From Basidiobolus meristosporus CBS 931.73 (taxonomy: Eukaryota; Fungi; Basidiobolomycota): a stretch of 64,000 bases of DNA. Shown here in pieces: positions 1 to 11,800 of this stretch. Each line of letters opens with the position of its first letter. Within the stretch, counting starts at the first letter, position 1. The notes beneath the pieces are model-generated. The model saw nothing but the letters and a program-made list of their open reading frames with translations, was not told where the DNA came from and did no database searches. The position numbers were made by a program, and so were the translations under genes. The stretch covers positions 1 through 64,000 of the forward strand of contig MCFE01000004.1 of NCBI GenBank assembly GCA_002104905.1, written 5' to 3'.

Positions 1-822
1 GATGTCAAGGACCTTGAGGAAGGCGATATTGTCGGAGTTGGTGCCCAGGTCAATGCCTGTCTAAGCAAGGAGTGCCATGCTTGTAATCGTGGACTTGATC
101 CTCACTGCCCTGAGATGGTGGTTACTTATGCCGGTTTTTACAAAGATGGCCAACAGAGTCACGGCGGTTATGCTGAGGCTATTCGAGTCAATTCTGCATA
201 TGCTTTCAAGCTACCAGAGAGCGTTGACCCCAAGCTTGCGGCTCCTCTGATGTGCGCGGGCACCACCGTCTTTGCTCCTATGCTCCGTGATGGTGTCAAG
301 AAGGGTGATCGTGTTGGTATTGTTGGTATAGGTGGCCTAGGTCATTTGGCCATTCAGTTTGCCAACGCTTTGGGTGCGGAGGTTGTTGCATTCTCTCAAT
401 CCCCTAACAAGCGTCAGCAATGCCTTGACTTGGGTGCCTCGATCTTTGTTGACACCTCAAAGAAGGAGGAAGTTGACGAGATTCGTCACACACTCAACTA
501 TTTGTTTGTCACAGCTGACTGCAAGTCTGAGCAGTACAACGAGTTCTTTTCGTGGATGGACTTTGGTGGTGAAATCTGCCTGCTCTCTGTTCCTCCGGAG
601 AAATTGGCTTTCCAGCCAATTGACTTCATTGCAAGTGAAATCAAGCTAACCGGCTCCTTGATTGGTGGCGTAGAGGTGATCAAGAAGGCTTTGGAGTTTG
701 CTGGTAAGCACAATATCAAGCCTATGGTAGAGCACTTCCCATTGTCCAAGGTCAATGAAGCTCTGCAGCATATGGAACAAGGCAAAGCTCGTTATCGTAT
801 TGTCCTTGATGTAGAATACTAG
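1..822 (+). CDS. NADP-dependent zinc alcohol dehydrogenase (cinnamyl-ADH/Adh6-like), 5'-truncated by the window edge
   Basis: Frame 1 is open from base 1 (DVKDLEEGDIVGVGAQVNACLSKECHACNRGLDPHC, structural Zn cysteines). It continues with GGYAE, APLMCAGTTVF, the Rossmann motif GIGGLGHLA and the C-terminal GKARYRIVL. Confidence 0.93.
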   Translation, partial: DVKDLEEGDIVGVGAQVNACLSKECHACNRGLDPHCPEMVVTYAGFYKDGQQSHGGYAEAIRVNSAYAFKLPESVDPKLAAPLMCAGTTVFAPMLRDGVKKGDRVGIVGIGGLGHLAIQFANALGAEVVAFSQSPNKRQQCLDLGASIFVDTSKKEEVDEIRHTLNYLFVTADCKSEQYNEFFSWMDFGGEICLLSVPPEKLAFQPIDFIASEIKLTGSLIGGVEVIKKALEFAGKHNIKPMVEHFPLSKVNEALQHMEQGKARYRIVLDVEY

Positions 823-2096
823 AAAGATAAATAGAAAGTAAAGCGATTTAATACAACGTAACTGTAAAATCCAAAAAGCCAGAATCGGGATCGCGTAGGC
901 TTACAAATACTACCTGGTAAACACCATCTGAATATATGGACAGGACCGCACAGTATTGGATGAAATAAATCAAAGCCAATTTCGCTCCTTCCCAGCTTAA
1001 TTCCCATATTTATATCCTCATTCACTTTCAAATCCTGTTGCAGTGCCTTGGTGTTCTTGAGACTCTAGGCAGTAGTTTTGATGAGGTGGCCATGTTGCCC
1101 TTCCCAACTAAGACACATTGACCTCTAATCTTGAAATATCCGTGAGGGCTTTCGAGGCCTCCAGGTGGATAGTTGCGTAGTAGCTGGCTGCTGTGGCACC
1201 ACTTCGGATCGTTTGATCGGCACCCTTATTGTACGCACCCTTGGCCTAGTTTGTATTGTTGAAATGGGCCTCACGCGGAAAAGTGAATTTGTAGAGCCAG
1301 CCGAGCAGTTACAAGTCCGTGTCAGCGCCAGCGATATTTCAAGGAGAAAGTGGCGTTAACCAGATGAACAAAGCTGTCATGGAATATTTTCTGAGCGGAG
1401 ATAGCATTTCAGTGGGTATGATGGCCAAGGAGAAGCACATAGTATACAGAGCGGTTGACTGAATGCTGCTTCGTTCACTGTATTTCTATTGTGTGTTTCA
1501 GGTAGGTGAATACAATGCCTAATCATATTACATGATGGCTTGTATGCTGGGTGTAGCAAGTATTCATATTATTGAAACAAATATGCAAAACACTTTTGAA
1601 AGTGCTACTACCAGTGCCATTGCTCCTGTCACCCTATTCTTATATCTTGGTATATGTATTTTATCAATGTATTTGTGAAACTGTTATCTAAGTTACACCA
1701 GCTGAACGGTGACTGATACAAAAAATACTCTTGAAGATTAAACTACACGCTGTCAAGGCATTGCAAATAACATGATTAACTGCTCTGCTTCATAATATTC
1801 TGTTAGCGTGCATATGTTTCCCACAACAAAGGTTCAGGGTCTTGATACTCATTTGTGATTGGTGTAAATCACCAACAGCTGGCTTCACTGTCAAACAACA
1901 CTTGACTCAAATACCTTAGGTATAGTAGAGATGTTAATGAATAGTTGAACTTGGCGTACACAAACAGCAAAAATATTCCTGTCAAGTTGTCAGAGTTGAT
2001 CATGTGGTTTTCACTTTATTATTATTGAGTGTAAAAATGGCTTTTATATTTTTACACGATCTTCGCAATACAAACCCGCAGAATCCATTTGGGTGC

Positions 2097-2535
2097 TCCC
2101 AAGAGTATGTGTGCAAAGTTTGAGGGACTTTGGACAACTGAGTAATCCTTCATGTCCTGCGTACCTGATATTTTGGCAAAGTATTCTTGAAAATTTCGTA
2201 ATTACACCTAAATATTCACCCTACTTAGTCACACAGATCATGGTCTACAAATCTTAGAGAATTCTGAGCCAATTCCCTGTCGGAATTTACTTTGAATACT
2301 TTCACCAAAACATCAGGTACCCAGAACATGAACTTTTGTAAAGTTGTCCAAACAGCTCCTAACTTTGCACACATGTTCTTGGGATCTTACTAAACATAGT
2401 CTACGTGTTGGTTTTTCCAGGATCATGTAAAAGTATAAACACCACTTTTACATTCAATAAATCATTAAGTGAAAACCACATAATCCACTTGTTCTCCCAA
2501 TCACTGCCAATATCTCCAAAAACTCTTACAACAAC
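2097..2535. repeat. Fold-back (imperfect inverted repeat) element, copy 1 of a dispersed repeat
   Basis: Arms at about 2097-2186 and 2294-2384 are imperfect reverse complements (AGTTGTCCA...AACTTTGCACACAT...CTTGGGA). The spacer and right flank align with 14187-14475. Confidence 0.75.
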
Positions 2536-5500
2536 TTCTTTACATATTTGACCTAAGTAGATGAAGATTTTGCCACCTGGTGACGTTCATCCCTCCCCCT
2601 AAGCAAATCTTGCACCTCTTCAGAAATCTGCTCAGTTTGAGTTGGTTTCTTTATTCATTGTCTTAAATACAGATATCACCTCTGGATGATATCATGTCCG
2701 TAGGTATACCTACACCGATAACCAATTTTGGACAGATTTGCAACCACGCGCACTACAATAACACTTCCCATTTATTTGTTAATTCTTTGGCGGTGATAGA
2801 TAATGACCCAAAGTGTTAGACATTGACAATATTTGCTTTGGTACCAACTATCTTATCAGTGAGGGTTCTGGAGAGGTTGAGCCATTCCAGCCACAGTTCA
2901 TTGGCAAGTTTGCTTGTAACTGTAAAACCTATGGCGTCATGCTTGCTTCGACTTAAACAGGAGTATTCTTGTAATGTAGATGGCGTGGAAAATAGCTGAG
3001 ATAGAGAAGCAAACTTACGTGGCTAGTTGCAACTGGCGATTTTCATTGCATTTTTAATTCTGAAAACCGTCAGATGACCTTGATTCGTAAAGCTGGGAAA
3101 ATTACTTCCAAGTTGCTACTGCCACTTCCAACAATGCTCACCTCTATGCGGCTACCAATGATTTTTTCGTGATTTGCGACTATCGGTAGCCACAATCAGG
3201 AAAGTACCGACTTCCTAATTGGATTCGGCTTATCAAACTTCTTTTCAAGAATTCTTTGATTGTCACTCCGAATTATTGGATTTTATAAACCAATTCTGGA
3301 ACTCTGACCCCAGGCACAAAATCAAGGTACATATCCGCTCTATCGGAACAAGTTATCGGATTCAAAAATATTGGCCAGAAATCTAGGTGTGCGGCGCTAT
3401 TTTGAAGCCAATATGTTCAACAAAAATTTTGGTTGCTTATGCCAAACAGGTTGTGGCAAGTAGCTCCAACAAGTGCTCGTGTCGCCCGCCGTGGATCTCT
3501 AGCACTAACTACAGGTATGTTCTGTTAGATGAATAAACGTCCTTATTTCATGCTAAGAATTATTCGAGTGATGATAGGGGATACACTTCTCAAATATCCT
3601 GACTGTTTTCAGTGAAATAGATCACTGTGACTTACAATGGCAAATTCCTTAATAAAAACATAATATAGATATTTCCATATGTAGTGTGGTTTGCTTTGAC
3701 AATGAAGTCCACTGAAACCAAGAAAGCCACCATCGATGATGTGGTCGAATAAGAAGCTGTACCAAGATGTGCAGATCATGGGTCTTTATCTACACCATCT
3801 CATAGCTTCTCAGCTTTGCTCAATCCTTACTGCTAACCGAATTATGGGATTTGATGTGACTCCAGCACCTGTTTGACGACCACCTTTCATTTTTCTGGAC
3901 CATCTTGCACAAATATATGGACAAATATGATTTATCTATCAAATATCTTTATCGTGGAAACTTCTGATGAAATGGTTGTAACGGTGGCTTACTGTAGGTT
4001 GTACAGTCCCAAATACAGTGGAAAAGATTGGGCAACAGTAGAGGTAGCGCGTCAGTTTGGCAGATTAGCGACAGTGTCCTCTTGAGTTAGTGTTTCTGTT
4101 GTAGTATCATACGTATTTTTTATGTCTGCAGACGGAGTAAATGTTGTTAATGCGATACTTGTGCTGCGTACTATTTCGGCCTGTACAATGGTATCGATCT
4201 GAGTCTCCAACGTAGTAACAACGGGCTCGATTGTATGGGTGTGCCATTGCTTCGAAGTTGTAGTTGTAGTTCTTGGGTAAACCGTTTGTAATGAGCATAT
4301 GTCTCTACACCAGTGACTGTGTGCTCACCTTATGCTGGAGGAGGATTGCCTTGCGATGGCTTCAGGTTACTTGCATTGATATGCAGGGTGGGATAATAGA
4401 ACCAGTCACTCTTACTCCCTAGTCGTGTACCATCTAATTTGAGCAATTCTCTTTGCACTGTGAGATCTGGCCATTGATCGAACAATTTGTGGGGATTTAT
4501 GTCCATCATTGCATTCGAACATAATCAGCAAGTGCGATCCTGCAAGGCCTTGGAAGGCATCGAATATGTTTAGGAAGGTCCTGAGAGCATGTTTGGGGTC
4601 TTTTGGACCAATGCACAATATTTGGTAACTTACAGGCGACATTAGTGAACAGCCTGTAAACTAACTCCAACGTGAATTACCAACATTTAGTAAGTTAGGT
4701 ATCGCATGGTCAACTAAAGTATAGCCAAATAGCACATAGACAGTTTCGGCTGTTTGAAAAGCGAAAGTCAGCAGCTTTTTTCGAAATGCGCCAGGAAGGA
4801 TATGGATAAACATACATGTGCAATCTGAAAAGGTTATTCCTAGTTCCAGCAATGCCTCATCCAGTGAGTAGTAGCAATCGAACGCACCAACCGAACGCAC
4901 CAACCGAAAACTGGTAGAAATTCCACCCAAGTGTCGATTGTCGCTGTCCCTATTAGGGAAATCAATGCCGTACGATTGGGGAAATCAATGTACCAAACAA
5001 TTAGGCTAATCAGCATACGATAAGAAAGGCGATCCAGTCCAAAAAGGCCATAGAGGTCGGTGAAACCAATTGATGTAGGTACTTCCGGGCTTACTCCAAG
5101 GATGACATTTTTTGCCAATAGCCGTTTTGGAGATGATATGGTAATCTTGGCCAAATATGCATAAGAAGCAACGCACCTAACTTGTTTAGGAATTCCACTC
5201 CCGTGACATTATGCACAACCATCATACACAAGGCTCAGAATGATTCTCAGTCTAAGGGTAAGTAGCCCTGGAATCACGACAGTCCAGGGGATGGTATATC
5301 TGATGCTGTTTATCTGGCGCAAGAGCATGCAATTGCTCTGCTAGCGCCTGTATTATACTTTTTGCAGTTCAGGCTATAACAGAACTAAGAGCTGAAAGTT
5401 TGCCACCAATCATGTCCGAATTATATAAATGTTGGCCTCGGAGGCTGATCGCTGCATAAGCCAACAGACTTACAGGCTATTGACGGGAACTTGAAGTTAA

Positions 5501-5848
5501 AGTTGGATGTGGAGATGACCCACTAGTCTGTTTCGGTGGGTCCCTGTCTGTGAGCCCATTATAGTAATACAAATTCAGTCATGGGTGAGGTTTTTCGGTG
5601 ACAAGACCAATCTGGGGAATTAGTTGTAAATGGAAGACTCGGCTGTAAGATGCCCCATTCCGACGTAGCAAATGGGTTCGATTTTTCCTCTTTGAGCTAC
5701 TGGTTAGAATGCTATCTAGACAATTACTTTTCCACTAGACTTCGGCGACGACGCGAAGATTTTTTTGCCAATTCTAGATCAATATTAATATCCCACGCAG
5801 CAAGTCCAATTTATAGAGTCGGTCTGACATCACTTTCTCAGGTTAAGC

Positions 5849-8800
5849 ATGCGGTTTACCTATGGTCTATCCGCTGCTATAGCATTTGCAAATGCTCTAT
5901 CTGCATTGCAACAAAGTGGCCCAGTCCTTGACGATGGAATTCTACCATTATCCAAGAAAGCAGACCATCAGTCAGCTCAGTCCAAATCCACTGTGCCAGC
6001 CCCTACCCACTCTTCGTTAACTACAGTGGCTACGGAGGCTTCCCTTCGCAGTTCTTCAGTAAATAGACCATTATCCTCCCAGGAACATGATTTAAAGCCG
6101 AAGAATAGTGAATTACCTGACGTCAAAGCCATGGTATCCGACCGTCGTGTGGAAGATGATCATAGAATAGTGTCGGAACATGTAGCAAGTGGGGGAAAAA
6201 AAGCAACCTCAACTGGCTCTTCGCTTCTACCCAAGTCAACCATCAGTATGTCGGTAATTTCAAAGAAACAGAAAGAGCATAGCGCTGCGGCGGTTGACAC
6301 CTTGCCCGATACTGTTTCGGTTTACAGCACGTTCCTAGAATACCAGACGTATACAGAGCCTCCCACTGTTATATTCGAGACCACCAACCAGTTGCTCACG
6401 ACCGATGTTGGCTCTGGATCGGTAAAAGTGACCCACGTTGAAACAATTCATGCCACCGTAACCAGCAAAGAATCGGTAACCCACGTGGATACAGTCAAAG
6501 AAACCATCACCATTGCTGCAAAGCCAGAAACAGAACGACACACGCTTACCGAACATCATACTTTGACCAAAAAGGAATTCGAAACACCAACGGAAGTCGT
6601 CCGAACCGCTTTAGATACCAAACATGAGGTGCACACGGTAACCAAGAAGAAGACTTTGAAACCCGTGACCGTGACTCCTACAGTATTGGTAACCAAAAAG
6701 CCAGCAAATAAGGACTCAGCAACAGAAAGCATACCAGATACTGCTACAGTTTACAGCACATACATCGAATACCAGACGTATACGGAGCCACCCTCCATTA
6801 TCGTCGAGACTACCAACCAGTTGCTCACAACAGATGTTGGCTCCGGATCAGCTAAGGAGACCTACGTTGAAACAATTCATGCCACTGTCACCCGCAAAGA
6901 ATCGGTAACCCACGTGGATACAGTCCAAGAAACCACCACCATTGCTGAAAAACCGGAAACAGAGCGACACACCGTTATCAAACATCGTACTTTGACCAAA
7001 AAGGAATCCGAAAGTCCTACAGTAGTCGTCCGAACCGCTTTAGATACCAAACACAAGGTGCACACGGTAATCAAGAAAAAGACTTTGCAACCTGTGACCG
7101 TAACTCCAACGATCACAGAATCTATAATCATCGAAAAGGAAACCTTCCAGCACACAGTCACTGCTCCTACAGTGACTGTTAGTGAGACAGATCAGCATAC
7201 TGTAACTGCCCAAGAGACAAATCAACATACCGTCACAGATAAAGAAACAGTACAGCACACTATCTCTGCTTCTACTGTGACGGATAGAGAAACAGACCAG
7301 CATACTCTTACCGCTCCTACCGTCACTGACAAAGAAACAGTGCAACACACGGAAACCGATGAAAACACAATACAACATACGGTTACTGAAAGAGAGACAA
7401 GTCAACACACCATCACCGCTCCCGTTGTAACTGATAAAAAAACTGTACAGCATACTGTAACTGCTCCTACAGTAACTGATAAAGAAACTGTCCACAATAC
7501 AGTTACCGCTCCCACAGTAACGAGTAAAGAAACGGTTCAACATACAGTTGCTGCTCCAACAGTAACTGATAGAGAGACTGACCAGCATACTATCACTGAT
7601 AAAGAAACAGTCCATGTTACCCCCACTGCTTCAACGGTTACGGACAAAGAAACATTCCAACATACAGTTTCTGGTCCAACAATCACTGATAGAGAGACTG
7701 ATCAGCATACCATCATTGATAAAGAAACAGTCCATGTCACCCCCGCTGCTTCGACCGTAACCGCCAAGGAAACAGTCCAACATACAGTTTCCGCTCCAAC
7801 AGTAACCGAAAGAGAGACTGATCAGCATACGATCACCGACAAAGAAACAGTCCATGTTACCCCCGCTGCTTCAACAGTAACGGAAAAAGAAACCGTCCAG
7901 CATACTATCGCAACTCCATCAATTGAGAGAGTGACAAACCAGCACACTGTCACCGATAGAGAAACAATGCAACATACAATTACTGCTCCAACAGTCACTG
8001 AAGTACACACTTACAACCAAACACTTCCTGGGATCACAGTAACTGACGAAAAGACCAGATCGCTTGAAGCAACTATCATTAGGGATAAGACTGTCACTGC
8101 ACCTACTGTTACTGTTGATAGGACTATCACCGGTGCTAATGTTACAAATGAGGAGACTGTCACCGCACCTACTGTAACTGAGGAAAAGACTATCACCGCA
8201 CCTACTGTAACTGAAGAAAAGACCGTCACCGCGCCTACAGTTACTGAAGACAAGACCGTTGTTGCGCCCACTGTTACTGTTGACAAGACTATCACCGACT
8301 CTGATAATACTAAGGATAACTCCGTATCTACCGTCACAGTGGATAAGACTATCATTATGCCTACCGTTACCGGGGATAAGACCATCACTATTGATAAGAC
8401 TATCACCGACTCCAATGTTGCAGCTGAAAGGACTGTCATTGTACCTACTGTTACCAAGGATAAGACTGTCACTGAACCTACTATTACTGAGGATAAGACT
8501 GTCACTGAACCTACTATTACTGAGGACAAGACTGTTGCTGCTGCCACTGTTACTGTTGATAAGACTATTACCGACTCTAATGTTGCAGGTGAAAAGACCG
8601 TCACCGTACCTACTGGTACTGAGGATAAGACTGTCATTGTTGATAAGACAATCATCAACTCCGGTACTGCTGATGAAAAGACAGTCACCATACATTCTGT
8701 TACCGATGATAAGACTGTCACTATTCCAACTGTTACTGTTGACAAGACCATCACCGGCTCCAATGTTGTAGATCAGAAGACTGTCACTGAGGATAAGACT

Positions 8801-11800
8801 ATTGCGGTACCTACAGTTACTATTGATAAGACTATCATCGATTCCTATGTTACAGATGAGAAGACTATCACTGTACCTACTGTTACTGGGGATAAGACTG
8901 TCACTGTTGATAAGACCATCACCGACTCCAATGTTGCAGATGAGAAGACTGTTACTGAGGATAAGACTGTCGCTGTGCCTACTGCTACTGTTGATAAGAC
9001 TATTACTGACTTTAGTGCCACTGATAAGAAGACTATCACCATACCTACTGTTGCTGTACCTACCGTCACTGTTGATAAGACAATCACCGACCTCAGTAAT
9101 GAGAAGACAGTAACCTTACATTCTGTTACGGATGACAAGACTGTCACTGTACCTACTGTTACTGAAGATAAGACTATCACCGTACCTTCTGTTACCAAGG
9201 ACAAGACTGTCGCTGTTCCTACTATTACTGTTGACAAGACTGTCACTGACTCAAGCATTGTAAATGAGAAGACTGTTACTGAGGATAAGACTGCTACTGT
9301 GTCTACCATTACTGCTGATAAGACTGTCACCAACTCTAATGTTGCAGATGAGAAGACGACCACTGTACTAACTGCTAGCGAGGATAAGACTACTACTGTG
9401 CCTACCGTCACTGTTGATAAGACTATCACTGACTCTAATGGTGTTGATGAAAAGACTGTCGCTGTAACAACGGTTACCGAGGACAAGACTGCCACTGTGC
9501 CTACCGTTACTGTAGATAAGACTATCACCGACTTCGAAGGCTCGGATGACAAGACTGTCACTGTACCAACTGTTACCGAGGACAAGACCGCCAATGTGCC
9601 TACTGTTACTGTTGATAAGACTATCACCGACTCTGATGGTGCTGACAAGAAGACTGTCACTGTACAAGCTGTTACCAAGGACAAGACTGCCACTGTGCCT
9701 ACCGTTACTGTTGATAAGACTATCACCGACTCTGATGGTGCTGACAAGACTGTCACTGTACAAACTGTTACCGAGGACAAGACTGCCACTGTGCCTACCG
9801 TTACTGTTGATAAGACTATCACCGACTCTGATGGTGCTGACAAGAAGACTGTCACTGTACAAACTGTTACCGAGGACAAGATTGCCACTGTGCCTACCGT
9901 TACTGTTGATAAGACTATCACCGACTCCGATGGTGCTGACAAGACTGTCACTGTACAAACTGTTACCGAGGACAAGACTGCCACTGTGCCTACCGTTACT
10001 GTTGATAAGACTATCACCGACTCCGATGGTGCTGACAAGAAGACTGTCACTGTACAAGCTGTTACCAAGGACAAGACTGCCACTGTGCCTACTGTTACTG
10101 TAGATAAGACTATCACCGACTCCGATGGTGCTGACAAGACTGTCACTGTACAAACTGTTACCGAGGACAAGACTGCCACTGTGCCTACCGTTACTGTAGA
10201 TAAGACTATCACCGACTCTGATGGTGCTGACAAGAAGACTGTCACTGTACAAGCTGTTACCAAGGACAAGACTGCCACTGTGCCTACTGTTACTGTAGAT
10301 AAGACTATCACCGACTCCGATGGTGCTGACAAGACTGTCACTGTACAAACTGTTACCGAGGACAAGACTGCCACTGTGCCTACCGTTACTGTTGATAAGA
10401 CTATCACCGACTCTGATGGTGCTGACAAGAAGACTGTCACTGTACAAGCTGTTACCAAGGACAAGACTGCCACTGTGCCTACCGTTACTGTGGATAAGAC
10501 TATCACCGACTCCGATGGTGCTGACAAGACTGTCACTGTACAAACTGTTACTGAGGACAAGACTGCCACTGTGCCTACTGTTACTGTTGATAAGACTATC
10601 ACCGACTCTGATGGTGCTGACAAGAAGACTGTCACTGTACAAACTGTTACCGAGGACAAGATTGCCACTGTGCCTACCGTTACTGTTGATAAGACTATCA
10701 CCGACTCCGATGGTGCTGGTAAGAAGACCGTCACTGTACCAACTGTTACCGAGGACAGGACTGCCACTGTGCCTACTGTTACTGTTGATAAGACTATCAC
10801 TGACTTCGAAGGCTCTGATGACAAGACTGTCACTGTTGATAAGACTATCACTAGCTTCGAAGGCTCTGATGACAAGACTGTCACTGTAACAACGGTTACC
10901 GAGGACAAGACTGCCACTGTGCCTACCGTTACTGTTGATAAGACAATCACCGACTCCGATGGTGCCGGTAAGAAGACCGTCACTGTACCAACTGCTACCG
11001 AGGACAAGACTGCTACTGTACCTACCGTCACTGTTGCTAAGACTATCATTGGCTTCGAAGGCTCTGATGACAAGACTGTCACTGTAACAACGGTTACCGA
11101 GGACAAGACTGCCACTGTGTCTACTGATACTGTTGATAATACAATCACCGACTCCGATGGTGCTGGTAAGAAGACTGTCACTGTACCAACTGTTACCGAG
11201 GACAAGACTGCTACTCTGCCTATCGTCACTGTTGATAAGACTATCACTGACTTCGAAGGCTCTGATGACAAGACTGCCACTGTGCCTACCGTTACTGTTG
11301 ATAAGACAATCACCGACTCCGATGGTGCTGGTAAGAAGACTGTCACTGTACCAACTGTTACCGAGGACAAGACTGCCACTGTGCCTACTGTTACTGTTGA
11401 TAAGACAATCACCGACTCCGATGGTGTTGGTAAGAAGACTGTCACTGTACCAACTGTTACCGAGGACAAGACCGCCACTGTGCCTATCGTTACCGTTGAT
11501 AAAACTGTCACTGACATCGATGGTGTTGGTAAGAAGACTGTCACTGTGCCAACTGTTACTGTTGATGAGACAATCACCGACTCCGATGGTGTTGGTAAGA
11601 AGACTGTCATTGTACCAACTGTTACTGAGGACAAGACTGCTACTCTGCCTATCGTCACTGTTGATAAGACTATCACTGGCTTCGAAGGCTCTGATGACAA
11701 GACTGTCACTGTAACAACGGTTACCGAGGACAAGACCGCCACTGTGCCTACTGTTACTGTTGATAAGACTATCACCGGCTCTGATGGTGTTGGTAAGAAG

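Noticed and set aside
1130-1260. Minus-strand TIRSGATAAS, similar to the tyrosine-recombinase HSxRxGxAT motif
   Set aside because: It lacks the His, sits in a short stop-bounded frame, and has no other recombinase motifs.
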